DNA of 64,000 nucleotides from assembly GCF_009914755.1 (NCBI RefSeq), contig NC_060941.1. The stretch is one strand, 5' to 3'. Positions 1 through 13,660 of this stretch are shown here, in pieces. The position numbers and the translations under genes were made by a program. Within the stretch, counting starts at the first letter, position 1; each line of letters starts with the position of its first letter. Source of the DNA: the human T2T-CHM13v2.0 reference genome, Homo sapiens. The notes beneath the pieces are model-generated. The model worked only from the letters and a program-made list of their open reading frames with translations, was not told the origin of the DNA and did no database searches.

Positions 1-661
1 GGCTTTTGCCAACGTAACAGGTCAGACCTGAGTTTATGTCCTCCATCAACAAGGCCATAGAGGTTGAGGGAGAGGTACTAGTGCAAACTTTTTAGGTGAC
101 ATGGAGATCTGGGAAACTGGTTGATATAATTTCTTTTGTGCATTCTGGATTAGACTAATGTCTGAACAATCTTATGACCAGTGCGTGATGGGCAGTTGTT
201 TTTTAAGTCCTTTTATGTCATGGTTAGGTGCTCAGTTTCTAACAAGGGCCAGTTCAAGTTTTTGACTGCTTCCTAGACAGTGAGTACTTCTCTGCTGAAG
301 ATGGTGTGACCTTGCTCCTGAAATGAGCCTTGCTTTTCATGAGCCCTGCTGGCCCATGAAAGCTGAGATGTGCAACTCTTCCCAGCTTCACTTTCAGTGG
401 CATCACATTGATAGCTTGAAGCTGGCCATGACAGGAGTATGTAAAACATGGACATTGGCAAACATTACAAATAGGATCTTTTTGTCCCCACAGAGCTAGT
501 TTACCAGTGTGCCAATGAGTTTTCTTAGTCACTCTTATTGGAATTTGCCCTAGAAACCAAGCAGTATAGCTCTGTGCCATTCACATCTCTATGCTGTAGT
601 GCCTGGTCCAGTTCCAGAATTTCATCTTGAAGGGCTACTTCCCAAGACCACTTCTAATGCG
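1..661 (-). mobile_element. ERVL internal fragment (ERV3-16A3-like): 5' leader plus degenerate pol connection/RNase H remnant
   Basis: The minus-strand translation HFRSKVTPSSAEKYSLSRKQ resembles the ERVL pol motif GFWSKAMPSAAENYSPFEKQ. The reverse complement of 600-661 resembles the ERVL leader, and it abuts an LTR16-like LTR. Confidence 0.65.
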
Positions 662-1090
662 AGCTGCTCAGCTTGGGTTTCTCAAGAATCTAACCCTGAG
701 GCAAAAATTATAGTGCGAGTACTTTTATTTGATAGGTATTCCCAGGAAACACTGATGAGAGAGTAGACACAGGGAAGGGAAGAAAACCAAAAGCCAGTAA
801 ATGATGTGTTATCAAGCCTGTTACCACTGTGGATGCATGCAGATCATTCCTTCTGGGGAATGCTTATAAAACATACAAGATGTACCTTAAAGTTATTCCA
901 AGTTAGGGCAGGGAATCTGGGATAAAATAAGCCAACTCCCTGTACATTACTGGTTAAGGGCTGCTTCTGGGAACTCATTACTTTGTGTACAGGCAGACTG
1001 CTTATCCTGGCCCAGAAATAAACCCTCAGGCAACAGTTCACAGGTATTTATAGTAAACAAACTAAGGTGAATTCTGAGGGTATATGAAGG
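662..1090 (-). mobile_element. ERVL-class LTR (LTR16 family-like)
   Basis: GGGTTTCTCAAGAATCTAACCCTGAGGCAAAAATTATAGTGCGAGTACTTTTATTTGATAGG...CAGGGAAGGGAAG matches the reverse complement of recalled LTR16-type consensus. Confidence 0.65.
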
Positions 1091-1399
1091 CACCAACAAT
1101 ATTTATGACAGGAAGTAGCATTTATTTTTCATGCATTTTCTTTTATATATGTGGCAAATCATTTTCATTCAATTTCTGCAAACTCTAAATTAAGCCCTTG
1201 GGATCTCAGCAAAAGGAAATCTTAAAACAAAAAGAACAATGTGCCAAACAATACGGGTCCTCTCAAGGAAAAACTCCATAATCATACAAAATAAAGACAT
1301 CAGTGGGAAGAAAAGTAGCCTTATGCGGAATCTATACTCGAACATGAATATGTTAAAGAATAAAAATTAAGCCGTATCAAAGGAACTTTAGAAAAGGTA

Positions 1400-2180
1400 T
1401 TAACAACTGCAACTCCCCAAGAAATGGGCCTGGATTTAGATCAGAGGACTTGCTTTTCAAACATGCAACCACACACTAACAAAAAACAAAGTCCTCATAT
1501 TTATTTGGATTTTAGAGGTTTTGACAAAGAGTATCAAAAATGGAAAAAATCTGACTTTGGGTGACTTATTTTTATAGTAAATGCTGACTGATGGATTTCC
1601 TAAAAGATCTGAAATAGACTTTGAATTTTTCACTATGAATTTTCAATATTAATAAAATTAGTAGAGAAGGATAAAAAGTTATCCAGTCCAGATAGGTAAA
1701 AAGATAAAAGAAATTCCCAAGGTCTATTACTAGGATATAAATCTTTTTTTCTTAATTTGGTATATACTCTGTATGTATGTATATGTGCGTATGTGTGTGT
1801 GTGTGTATGAGAGAGAGAGAGAGAAGGAAAGAGAGCCAGAGAAAAGCAAGATTATTTTCTCTTTCAACATAGAGAGTTCTTTGTATTACTTCAGATTTTT
1901 CAATTGAGGGAACTTTTATATCTTATATTTGATACTGCTCCAGTCTTTGCACCCTTTCGTGTAGGAAGGAGAATCTCTTGTACATGGAATCTATCTTCAT
2001 TTCTCCATGTGTACCAGTCTTATCTGTCATTTTCTCTAGCTTCAAGTAGAATTCGTTGAAACTGCCCTTCTGTGGACTTATTTGCAGTTTTAGAAAGTTG
2101 ATTTTGCTCTTTATTGCTTTCAATAGAATAATCTATGCTATTTCCATAATATCTTCACCCCTTTTAATTTCCGCTCACTG
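1400..2180 (-). mobile_element. Ancient L1 ORF1 or HAL1-like fragment, interrupted by a microsatellite
   Basis: Minus ORF 1923-2123 has K/E-rich coiled-coil character like a degenerate L1 ORF1p. Heavily decayed. Confidence 0.4.
1770..1833. repeat. Compound (TG)n-(GA)n microsatellite
   Basis: TATGTATGT...GTGTGTGTGTATGAGAGAGAGAGAGAG seen directly. Confidence 0.9.
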
Positions 2181-2909
2181 TCTTAGCAACTCATCTATGT
2201 TCAGGATGAACCTAGAGAAAACACAAGTGCTGTGATCACAAATGGCTTTGTGAGGGAGGGACACCTAACTAATTCCAGACATCCTGACATAAAGATAAAA
2301 GTAGGAGATAAAGACATACATATTTTCCAGCAGAAAGAATGCTTAAGCAAAAGCATAGAGATAAAAGGGTGTCTGTTTGCGAATTAGGGGAAGTTTATTT
2401 TTACCCATCATGTTTGGTGAATAAAGAGAAGTGAAAGAAATAAGACAAGAGAAATTGGGGCCAAGATTATAAAGAAACTTTAATATAAGTCATAATGGAA
2501 AATAAAACCATAGATCCAAACTTAAAGTTAGGCTCTTCTGGTTGTCTGAATTAAGGAAAAAATTAAGAGGGTCTCACTGAGCAAAAGTTGGGTGATTCTA
2601 CCCCACAGTTCCCTAAAACAACAAAATGCAGCCTTCCTTATATACAGTGAGACCCATTCAGAAATTGGATTATTATACTCATATAGGGAAGTTCTTCCAG
2701 TCACAGGTTGTCAAACTTCAAAAGGTCCTTTGAAGTGGTGCTGATAACATACATTTCTAAGCAATCACACTATTTTTCAAATCTATTTTAAAAATCAGGG
2801 TCCTAGCAGTTTTCTGAGTTGCTAGCATTCTTTCTGTAATCAGTGGTTTACATTTCATATTGATCTGCTTTTATGGTACAGAATTCTTCACAAAGTCTGA
2901 GAAGTATAA

Positions 2910-3140
2910 TTTATTTAGATTATTTTTGTAATACATAATGTACATATTTTTGAAGTCGTGATAATTTATTACATTGATATGATTTGTAAAGATAAAATCA
3001 GTGGAATTGTGATATAACCTTAAATTGGCTTTTCTTTATGCTAGAAACATTTGAAGTATTCTCTTCTAGCTATTTTGAAACATATAATCGATTACTGGAA
3101 ACTATAGCTACCCTAATTATCAAGCACTAGGTCTTATTAT
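2910..3140 (-). mobile_element. L1MA-type 3' end fragment
   Basis: TACATAATGTACATATTTTTG...TTCTCTTCTAGCTATTTTGAAACATATAAT...AACTATAGCTACCCTA is typical of an antisense L1MA 3' UTR. Confidence 0.75.
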
Positions 3141-4189
3141 TTGAAGCTTGATTAGAAGCCATTGTTTGTGCTTATGTAACATAAGATTTCTAAGATTTTA
3201 CATGTTGTAGATGTGATACACCTTAGTTAAAACAAAAACAAAAGTGTGTAGTTTCAATATTTTTGTAGATATTATTCATTGTGAGTTTATTGTGTAGAAT
3301 TCATATGAAAACACATTTTATTTTAGAGCAGTTAAACAAATTAGAAAAGCCTGATGCATTCAGAATCAAATAAGCCAAAATAAGCATAAGAAAGATAACC
3401 TTGAGCCCATACTCTTTCATGGAAACTTTCTAAGGTATAAAAATAAAACAAGCCAATGGCATTATAGAAAATGTGATATCCAAATAGAATTGTTTATAAA
3501 TAGAATGTTTTACAAAGTTTCCATGAGGCATCAGCTGTTCTTTAACCCCTTGCATGTTGACATTTTCCAGCCCACTAGCTAAATTAAGGCTTAGGAAAAA
3601 ATTACCTATGCATTGTATTTTTATGTGTCTGTTAATCTATTTTTATATGCTCTGGGCATACAGCATCAGTTCCAGTATAAACATATCAAAAGATACGCCC
3701 TATACACACAACACATGTATGTGGGCAAACATAAGAAAGAATATAAAATGCTTCTTTTACCTCTATGTTGCAGAAAAAAGCTGTAACAAGACAAAAGTTT
3801 AACATGAGTAGAGTGAGCCAGCCTGCTTGATTTTCTGGATTTGTTGCAGTTTAAGCTTATTGTATTAATCTAGTTAAAAATAGCACCCTCATACATGTGC
3901 TCAAAAGTGTCCCATTTTAGATGATAAATTCCATGGCAATTCCAAGTAAGAGGCAAGAACTGATCAGTTATTTGTGAGTTACTATAGCAGTCAGAGGAAG
4001 CTAGATTAAAAATGCTTGAAAATATTTGTTATCTATCAAGAGAATACCATTCAGTTATATTCAGTTAAAACCAGATTTCAGGACAATTGGTATTGAAAGA
4101 TTGTTTCATCTGCCCAACCAGCAGTATCACTCTTTTAAAATTAGCTATGTATGATTATTTTTCTCTGCCCATCTATTTCTTTCTCCCTG

Positions 4190-4191
<2 letters not shown>

Positions 4192-4231
<40 letters not shown>
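4192..4231. repeat. (CA)n microsatellite, about 20 units
   Basis: Perfect AC run. Confidence 0.97.
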
Positions 4232-4233
<2 letters not shown>

Positions 4234-5139
4234 CAGTTACAGTTTGATACACAACAATACTTTGGTGTGTATCATTACAGTTTAGTAAATATAATCAGCC
4301 TAGAAACAAGGAAAACAGTCTTCATTTTTCATATAAAAACGCCAATCAGTTCCCATAATCCTGGAGCAAACAACTTTGTTACTTTCTCTTCACAATAGGC
4401 ACAAAGAGCAAACAAAAAACGGTAGTTCTGGTGAGATTTGCTTTTCTGGCCATGAATGTTCAAGGTGGAAAATGAATACAGGTGTTTGTTTGTAAAAGCA
4501 TGTTAATGTTGGTTTTTTTTTTCCTTTTCGTACACTAATTTAAAAAGATCGTATATACTTGTACTTGAGGATACACTAACATATACCCCACAATCAAAAT
4601 GCACTAACATTTAATATAACTTTAATTATTGTAATTTTTCCAAGGTGTTTGATGTGTTTATATAGTGTTCTCTTCCTTGGTGTTTTGTCTTGTCCTTTGT
4701 ACCTGCTGTATATGCCTTAGGAGATGAAAACATGCTGATTACTTCTTTGTGATGGTTTGTTGATTACCCTTGAAGTCAGGGGAAAAAAATTAAATGGGAT
4801 GTTCCCCAAAAAATCAGTTTACTCTTCAGATGTTTAGGAAAAATCGTGATTCCAAAGTCATTCTGAACAGAAATGTTCTGTATTTTTTCTTTTTAGTGGC
4901 TAGTGGTGGATTGGAGAGACCCCTTTTTGCGTGTATGAATTTAGTGTTTCGGAAACATTGTATACAAAGAGCTCACCATTGTATCAGGGAATGCTGGAAA
5001 ATTCAAACTTGGTGTCAGAAATATAAACTAAAATGTCAAGAACCTAAGATGTGCAAAACCTTTGGCACTTCTGCCACTCCCAGAAAAGACTTTATTTTGA
5101 AAGTGCACCTAAAATGAGTATTTTATAAAACACATGACA

Positions 5140-5330
5140 CATGCAGAGAGCACAGATGTTAGATTTAAGCAGTCAGAAGTTCAAATCCAACAGCTCCTGA
5201 CTTACTAGCTGTGTGCCCCTGAAAATATTTTTCAGATCCTGTGTCACTTGTAAAATGGTTCAAATGAGTTATTGATGTCAAGTTCTCATTACAATGCCTG
5301 GCATATAGTAAGGATTCGATAAATGGGGAA
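5140..5330 (+). mobile_element. MIR SINE
   Basis: GTTCAAATCC...CTTACTAGCTGTGTG...AATGCCTGGCATATAGTAAG...ATAAATG, the MIR core and 3' end. Confidence 0.75.
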
Positions 5331-5560
5331 TATTCTTTGTGGAATATTTCTGAATAGAGAGACTCTCTGCCATTCATATTGCAATGCCCCCTCCCCCACC
5401 GACCTTGGTTGCTAAAGGAGCTTGTAATACAGAGAATAGCTAGAGCTTGTCACCCATTCAAGATGCTTTTTTACAAGCCAGACAAGTCAGTGATTCAATA
5501 CTCATTCATCTTCAACTTCCACCTGCAGACAGTGTTAAACTGACGGGCATGTCCCTCTCT

Positions 5561-5596
5561 TACCCTCCTACCCTCCTACCCTCCTACCCTCCTACC
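5561..5596. repeat. (TACCCTCC)4.5 tandem repeat
   Basis: Four perfect 8-mers plus TACC. Confidence 0.95.
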
Positions 5597-6229
5597 TGAC
5601 ATACTGACAGGTCTCTAAAATGGTTTCTATTTTCTCAAACATCTGCTTTTCCTATAATCATTATAATTATTTTTGCTGGGCAGATTTGGATGTGACCTTG
5701 GCTTTGGGAAAGCAGATTTCAAAATGTTCATAGAGAAAAAATAGGTATGATCCCATGGCAGAGAGATTCTTAAAAAAAAAAGAGATATAATTCTGATTTT
5801 AAAAATCACAATTCCAATGAGAACGAATTAGGGACAGAAGGATTAGTCATCATAGCTACTAGATAAATTCTGAAAAACTCTTTAGAAGATAATCCAAGCA
5901 CAGACTGACCTCATATTTTTAAAAAAGATAAATTTGAGAGGGTGGAGGTGAAATAGAGTCAGAGGAAAATCCAGTAAGGACCAAAAAGTTCCAAAGGAGA
6001 ATAATAAGATTTTAAAAGCATTGCCTAGAAGCTGGTGTCAGCCTCATATATGACAGAGAAAAGGCAGAGCCATTAAAACTGAATTTTATTTTCAGCACTT
6101 TTAGCAAAGATTAATAAATAAATAAAATGGAAGGCACAGAGATAAATTTAAAATGCCTGAGAGGAAGATATAGTAACAGCTGATCATTAATTCAGGTAGT
6201 TTCCTAGAATGCTCATAATAATTGTAATA

Positions 6230-6410
6230 GTAATAGTATTAAACACATTGGGTTTGGTATCTGCCAGGTACTTTTCTAAGCGTTTTACATGTTTAATATT
6301 TATTACAACCTCATGAGATAGGTTTTTGGTATTATCACCAGTTACATGAAGAATTAAAGTACAGAGAAGTTAAAACAACCACAGTTTACTCAAAGTCATG
6401 GTGTTTGAAT
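6230..6410 (-). mobile_element. MIR SINE
   Basis: TGCCAGGTACTTTTCTAAGCGTTTTACAT...ACAACCTCATGAGATAGG...ACAGAGAAGTTAA. Confidence 0.7.
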
Positions 6411-7356
6411 GTGTCACAGCTGAGATAGTATGGGGCTCTAAGTACTACAAACAGAAAATTGAATTTCCCATCTTTTGTTTATTTTGAATGGGATAAAAAC
6501 TTTTCCCCAGCAGACTTTTCCCAAATCGGGTCTTCTTGGCACTTCACAAAGATGATAAGACGACCATAGATTGCCTTATATCAAACAAGGAATTCCTTAA
6601 AGCAGAAGATGAGCCTAGCACCCTCAGGAACAGGTGCCCTCTTAAAGAAGGTGAACAGGATCATGGGTAGGCAGTGAGGAAGAAGGAAGATAGTGTGTCC
6701 GACAAAATATCCTTGCTATTTTTATCAGTGAGCATTAAATTTAGTTTTCTGGAATTTATTAGAAGGAAAGAATACAAATAAAGCTGAAGGATTTGATAAT
6801 TTCACATAATGATTTTTTTAGGACAAGAGTTACTCGTTTTTCAAAATGGAATTGTTATTTCTAATAAATAGAAACAACTCTAAGAGGCTGGGCCCTTTAA
6901 TTTTATATTTTCAAGTTTTGTATGTTTACATTCTCTTTTATGATAATAATTCTACCAGTTTAAAATTTTTATGTCTAAATGTAATACTCATTAACAGCTT
7001 TTTATCATTCTTTAGTTATTTATGTGAATAATCACTTAATTGGCTGGATTACATCAATATATTATCCTTGTACCTTTGTATTGAATTCTCTTATGTATTA
7101 TATTTCTAATGTTTTGAAATTTTGACTGATTTCCAGACAATATATGGGTTTATCTCCTTAAATTCTTCAAATAGGGCATGGCTGTTGTTCATGAACTCAT
7201 TTCTTTCCCTCCCCAATAGCCCTCAATAATCCCACTCAAATAAATATAAATAGATGACACACACTGCTTGTCATACTTCTGTCATTCTGAAACCCTCCAC
7301 AATTATGCTCCAAGACTGGATGTACTGATTTCTAGATGAGTATAAAAAGTGAGCTT

Positions 7357-7632
7357 CTGGCAGTGTGCTGATTCCTCAAAGAGTTAAAAACAGAACTATC
7401 ATTCGACCCAATAATTTCATTACTGGGTACATATCCAAAGGAATATAAATCATTCTACTATAAAACTCATGCATGTGTATCTTCATTGCAGCAGTATTCA
7501 CAATACAAAGACATGGAATAATCTGTGACATGGAATAAAAGTGATGAAATAATCTGTATAATAAACCCTTATGACATGAGTTTACCTATATTACAAACCT
7601 GCACATGTACCCCAAACCTAAAATAAAAGTTT
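7357..7632 (+). mobile_element. 5'-truncated, internally deleted L1PA (old L1PA13-16-like) 3' end with TSD
   Basis: ORF2-end sequence joined to 3' UTR ACAAACCTGCACATGTACCCC...AAAATAAAAG. TSD is TAAAAAGTGAGCTT (7343-7356) and TAAAAAGTTAGCTT (7633-7646). Confidence 0.85.
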
Positions 7633-7646
7633 TAAAAAGTTAGCTT

Positions 7647-8525
<879 letters not shown>

Positions 8526-9044
8526 TCTCATCTTTAGTAAAGTCTAAAACCAAGACATGACAGGTCAAGTTGACTCACTGGCAATCTAACTGCCAGCCAG
8601 AAAAAAAACTTGACAATAATTATAGGAAGATGACATAATACAGAACATCCATAATGTCCCACCTACAATATCCAACAATCAATTAAAAGTACTATATATG
8701 TGCAAAGAAGCAGCAAACAGTAATTAATAATCAAAAGACAAAATGGTCAATAGAAACAGGCTTAGTGATGATCCCATTACTGGCTGTGTGACTTTGGAAA
8801 GCTCTGAGCTTCAAGTTTCAACATAGAAAATACAGTTAAACGAGACTAAATCCTATAGATTTGCTGTAAGAATTAAATTCATTAATTGTATGTGGAAGTG
8901 AATTATCATGATGAAGTTTCCTATTATATGATTGCCACTAAGGAACCACACAGGAAGCAATAAAAAGGAAGAACAGATTCTGGTCTGACAGCAACTTATT
9001 TTAAAAATAACTCAGTTTTAGTTGTCATTTATTTTAAGAGAGAC

Positions 9045-9250
9045 AATATAGTTTATTAATTAAGGGTCTTATAGTCAGAAAGAACTAGCTGTGAGCAGAT
9101 TTCTGAATCTCTCTGACCATCACTTTTCTCAAATATAATTGAGAATTATAATGGTACCTGTCTTGAGGGTGTTGAGAGACTACTAGAGAGTAGAAGACAT
9201 ACAAGAGGTTAGCATAGTTCCTGAATAACTGAAGCCAGCAATGTGTAGAC
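9045..9250 (+). mobile_element. MIR SINE (another MIR fragment lies at about 8775-8900)
   Basis: TAGCTGTGAGC...TCTCTCTGACCATCACTTTTCTC...ATAATGGTACCTGTCTTGAGGGTGTTGAGAG...TTAGCATAGTTCCTG. Confidence 0.65.
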
Positions 9251-10814
9251 TGCTAACAGAAAGTTCAAGTGTTAAGAATCTAGACTGATAGAATTATAAT
9301 GTTCCAATGACAAGCAGTAGTAAACCCCAATGAAATTCTGAAAGTAGATGACATATTTAAAAATGTACACCGACAAGCTTTTCTGACTAGGCAATAGGAG
9401 TAGTTGAAATAACTGGAGATGGTGACATTCGAAAATGAAGAATACAGGATGAGAAACATTTGGGAAACTTTTAGGTTGAAGAGGGATCAGATTTATTCTG
9501 TGCTGCTCTAAACACAGGTCTGGGACTGGTGCAAAACACTGTGGGGAGGCAGCTTTCATCTTAGTATTAGGAAGGACTTTTAAACAATTAGAGGAATCCA
9601 GTGATAACATGGTTTGATTTAAGAAGTAGTAATTGCCCTGTCTCCAGAAACTTTTAAGCAGATGTTGATTGATTCCTGCTCAGGGTCATTATGGAGGAAA
9701 TTCCTGCACTGGGTAGGATGTTGGACTAGGTGGCCCCTATGTCCCTTCCAGCATTAAGATATAAATATGTGGATATTCCATATATGGACTGTTTTTTCAG
9801 TTGTACTCAGTAGCTTTTTCTCCATGTGGATTAAATGGATATCAGTTCCTCATTATTTTGAGGTGAGTCAAAGGAAAATAGCATGTACAACAGCACAGCA
9901 GCCCAAACAGTTTATCATGCATCTTAAAAACACAAGTCAGTGAAGTAGGCAGTTTCAAAGGGGACCATATCATTGCCAGAGTGCTCCCAAGAAGCCAGCT
10001 GCTCCTGGAAAAATACATTACATTTCCCAGTTTGGCACCTGAGCCTTGCGATTGCTGTCCAAGGAGGTGAAGAAGAATGGGTTTATAGGCAGCCATAAAT
10101 AACTAAGACACTGAAATTCTGAAAATGGGTCAATTTCTTCCCTATGATTCAAGACCCAAATGGGAGTGAGCTACTGTTCCAGCCTGAAAGGAAGAGAGCT
10201 TTAACTACCCATTTTCGAAAATCAAATGAAAGTAACTAAGAACTCTATTATTCAATCAAGTGTTCTGCAAAATTCTTCACAGTAAATCTTGAGTAGGTTT
10301 TTATCTTAAAGATATGGAGAGGAAGAAATAGAGATGCTTTGCGTGGGATTTCCAGGAATGTCAGTCAGCAAGAGGGACCATGCAGGCTATTTAGCCATGT
10401 CTGTATAGTCTGATGTTACATTTATGTTCCTCCCAAGGACAATGCAACATATGTGTGGAACTTGTTTGGAAACCTGCTCTTTTGGACAAAGAAATATCCA
10501 TGACTCAGCCCCCTAAAACTCTTCCAGAATTTTGACATTCTAAAAATGCATCTTGTCCTCCATGTGGAATTTTGTCCTTCCTAAATTCATTCACTAAGTA
10601 ATCTTTCATTGTGCCTACTATATTCTAGGTACTTTTATTAAGTGTTTAGTATTCAAAAATAAATAAGACCCCATCCCTGGCCTTTACAGATGCAAAAAGC
10701 AGTGCTCATCTCCAGTGGTCTTTTTTTTAAGTCCTATGATTAAATTTTAAAAAAATATATGACATACATACATACAACAAAAAGTTTGTTAAAGATAACA
10801 CAGAGACCAATATA

Positions 10815-11105
10815 TTTTTTTTTTTGAAATGGAGTCTGGCTCTGTCACCCAGGCTGGAGTGTAATGATGGGATCTCAGCTTACTGCAACTTCTGCCTCCT
10901 GGGTTCAAGTGATTCTCCTGCCTCAGGCTTCTGAGTGACTGGGATTACAGGCACACACCACCATGCCTGGCTAATTTTTGTATTTTTAGTATAGACAGAG
11001 TTTCACCATGTTGGTTAGACTGGTCTCAAACTCCTGACCTCGTGATCCACCTGCCTCAGCCTCCCAAAGTGCTGGGATTACAGGCGCGAGCCACCGTACC
11101 CGGCC
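10815..11105 (-). mobile_element. AluS SINE
   Basis: Full antisense Alu. TSD AGACCAATAT. Confidence 0.97.
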
Positions 11106-11689
11106 AAGACCAATATGTTTTAAAATAACTCACAGCAGGATAATGTTTTCCTCCGTCTTCTCAAGGTAGATTGGAGCATCTATTCCAAAGAGCCATTCTT
11201 CCTCCCCTTCTGTGCCCATTTTCAGTCCTTAGATACTATTTTATAGACCTTCTGAATGCTATATCAAAATAAAAATAGGCTGAACTTTCTCCTTGCTTCA
11301 GGAAAATAACTCAGTCAGCCCAGCCACGCACCCGATATTCCTTCAAAATCCAGATAACAGAATTTAAGATTTTTAAATTCTTAAGCTATCACCTCCAAAC
11401 TATCTTTGTTATAATCTGCAGGTGCTTGGAGAAAATTATTACTTAATGCAGAAGATACATGTAAACAGCAAAGAAAGAAATGATTAGTGGCACATATTCC
11501 ATTTTCTTTAAGAACATGGTTTTTAAACATCCTATTTCCGTATAGAGAATTTGAAAATGCTACATATTGCCTGACCTCTCCATCAGAAATTGAGTCATTT
11601 GATATGGCAAGATCCTGTATGACTCTGCATATTTTCTCACTGTACCTGTATGTCTCCAGATTATTCTGATGTTTGTTCATCTGGTTTAG

Positions 11690-12037
<348 letters not shown>

Positions 12038-12041
12038 TAAG

Positions 12042-12250
12042 GCAGTGTTTATTAACCCTGGGTGCAAGTTAGAATGACATGGGAACTATTAGAAATTGTG
12101 ACATCTAGGCTGCACCTCAAACTCCTTTGTGTACTGAACATTGCTGTATCCTTGCTACAATGGAACTGAGTATTATGACAGGGACCTTCTGGCATGTAAG
12201 GCCAAAGATACTTATTATCTGGCCTTTTACAGAAAATTTGTTGATCACTG
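12042..12250. mobile_element. hAT-Charlie fragments (MER5A-like followed by a MER58-like end)
   Basis: CAGTGTTTATTAACCCTGGGTGCAAGTTAGAATGAC, then TATCTGGCCTTTTACAGAAAATTTGTTGATCACTG. Confidence 0.6.
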
Positions 12251-12534
12251 ATCAAGAAACCATAATAGTGAATCAAACCAAGGATGAATAGCTTTCTAAA
12301 ACTACATATGTGTCTCTAATTTACCAAATCACGCACTCCACAATTCATAACTTATGGTGGGCAATTGTGGGGGGGCAGCAGGAAAAACTGTCTTCACCAT
12401 TTTTCACTATTTGGTCTCTATAAGAAATCATTACCTGCCCCCTTCTGCCCTTTAAAAATCAGTAACTTGCAAAGGAATTGAGAAATTTTAAAAGTCTATA
12501 AGGTCAAACACAGCTCTCTTTCATTGAAAGGGAT

Positions 12535-12805
12535 TAAAGAGCATAAAGTTACAGTTAAGAGGAGTAAAATTAGGGATCTATTGCACAGGATGGTAACCAT
12601 TGTTAATAATAATGCAATGTATATTTCAAAATTAATGAAATAGTAGATATTAAAGATCATTCAAAAAGATAAGTAGGTGGGCTGATGGATATATTAATTA
12701 GATTTATTTAATCTTTTGATAATGTATACATATATCAAAATATCACATTGTACCCCATAGATGTATACAGCTATTTTTAGTCAATTAAACATTTAATAAA
12801 AATTT
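12535..12805 (+). mobile_element. L1MA 3' end fragment
   Basis: AGGAGTAAAATTAGGGATCTATTGCACAGGATGGTAAC...TATCAAAATATCACATTGTACCCCATA. Confidence 0.85.
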
Positions 12806-13139
12806 TAAGAGCTAGACTGCCCTATAGTACTGAGTATTTGAAATAATCTTTTGATTGCCTGTTTAGCATCACTGTTATCTGAAGCTGTTCTTTGCTTTTT
12901 GAATGTGCTAAGCTCTTTTCATACATTGGTTAAATATTATTGTAAGAAATATAATTTTTGAGTAGGTATTAAAACTGGAATCCCTTCTCGCAATTATAAG
13001 GGGAAAATCCATAGCAACAAAATAGCCTAAGTCTTTGTCTGTTAATTAAATGTAAGTTAATGGCTGTTTAGGAAAACAAAAAATGCCACCTGGGATAGAA
13101 AATTTAATTAGCTCCAAAAGAACATAAGTCAAAGACTTC

Positions 13140-13652
13140 TGCATTAGTTTTCTGTTGCTGCTGTCACAAATTACCACGAAGTTAGTGGCTTAAAACAACA
13201 CAAAATTTATTACCGCATGGTTCTGCAGTCAGAGTCTGACATGGGTCTTACTAGGCTCAACTCAGGGTGTTGACAGGGCGGCATTTCCTTCTGGAAGCTA
13301 TAGGGCAGGACCTGCTTCCTTGCCTTTTCAGCTTCTAGAAACAGTCTGCATGGCTTGATTCACAGACCCCTTCCTCCACCTTCAAAGAGCTCCTCATGTG
13401 ACAATCACTCTGACCTTCCTTTCTGACTCTTTTCTACTTTTATAGACCCTTATGATTATGTTAGGCTTGCCCAGAGAATCCAGGATAATCTATTTTAAGA
13501 TCAGCTGACTTGCCACCTTCAATCCATTTGCAACCTTAATTTCCGTTTGCCATGTAGTATGTATCCTACATATGTTACGATGTGTAGTATACTCACAGGT
13601 TTCAGGGATTAGGATATAAGCATCTTTGAGGGCCATTATTCTGACATCCACA
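13140..13652 (-). mobile_element. MaLR solo LTR (MLT1C/D-like)
   Basis: TGCATTAGTTTTCTGTTGCTGCTGTCACAAATTACCAC...GGCCATTATTCTGACATCCACA, with TG...CA termini. Confidence 0.88.
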
Positions 13653-13660
13653 AGTCCAAT

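Noticed and set aside
4794-5117. 107-aa ORF with an internal acceptor-like site
   Set aside because: No recognisable homology and no matching donor. Its length is within chance expectation.
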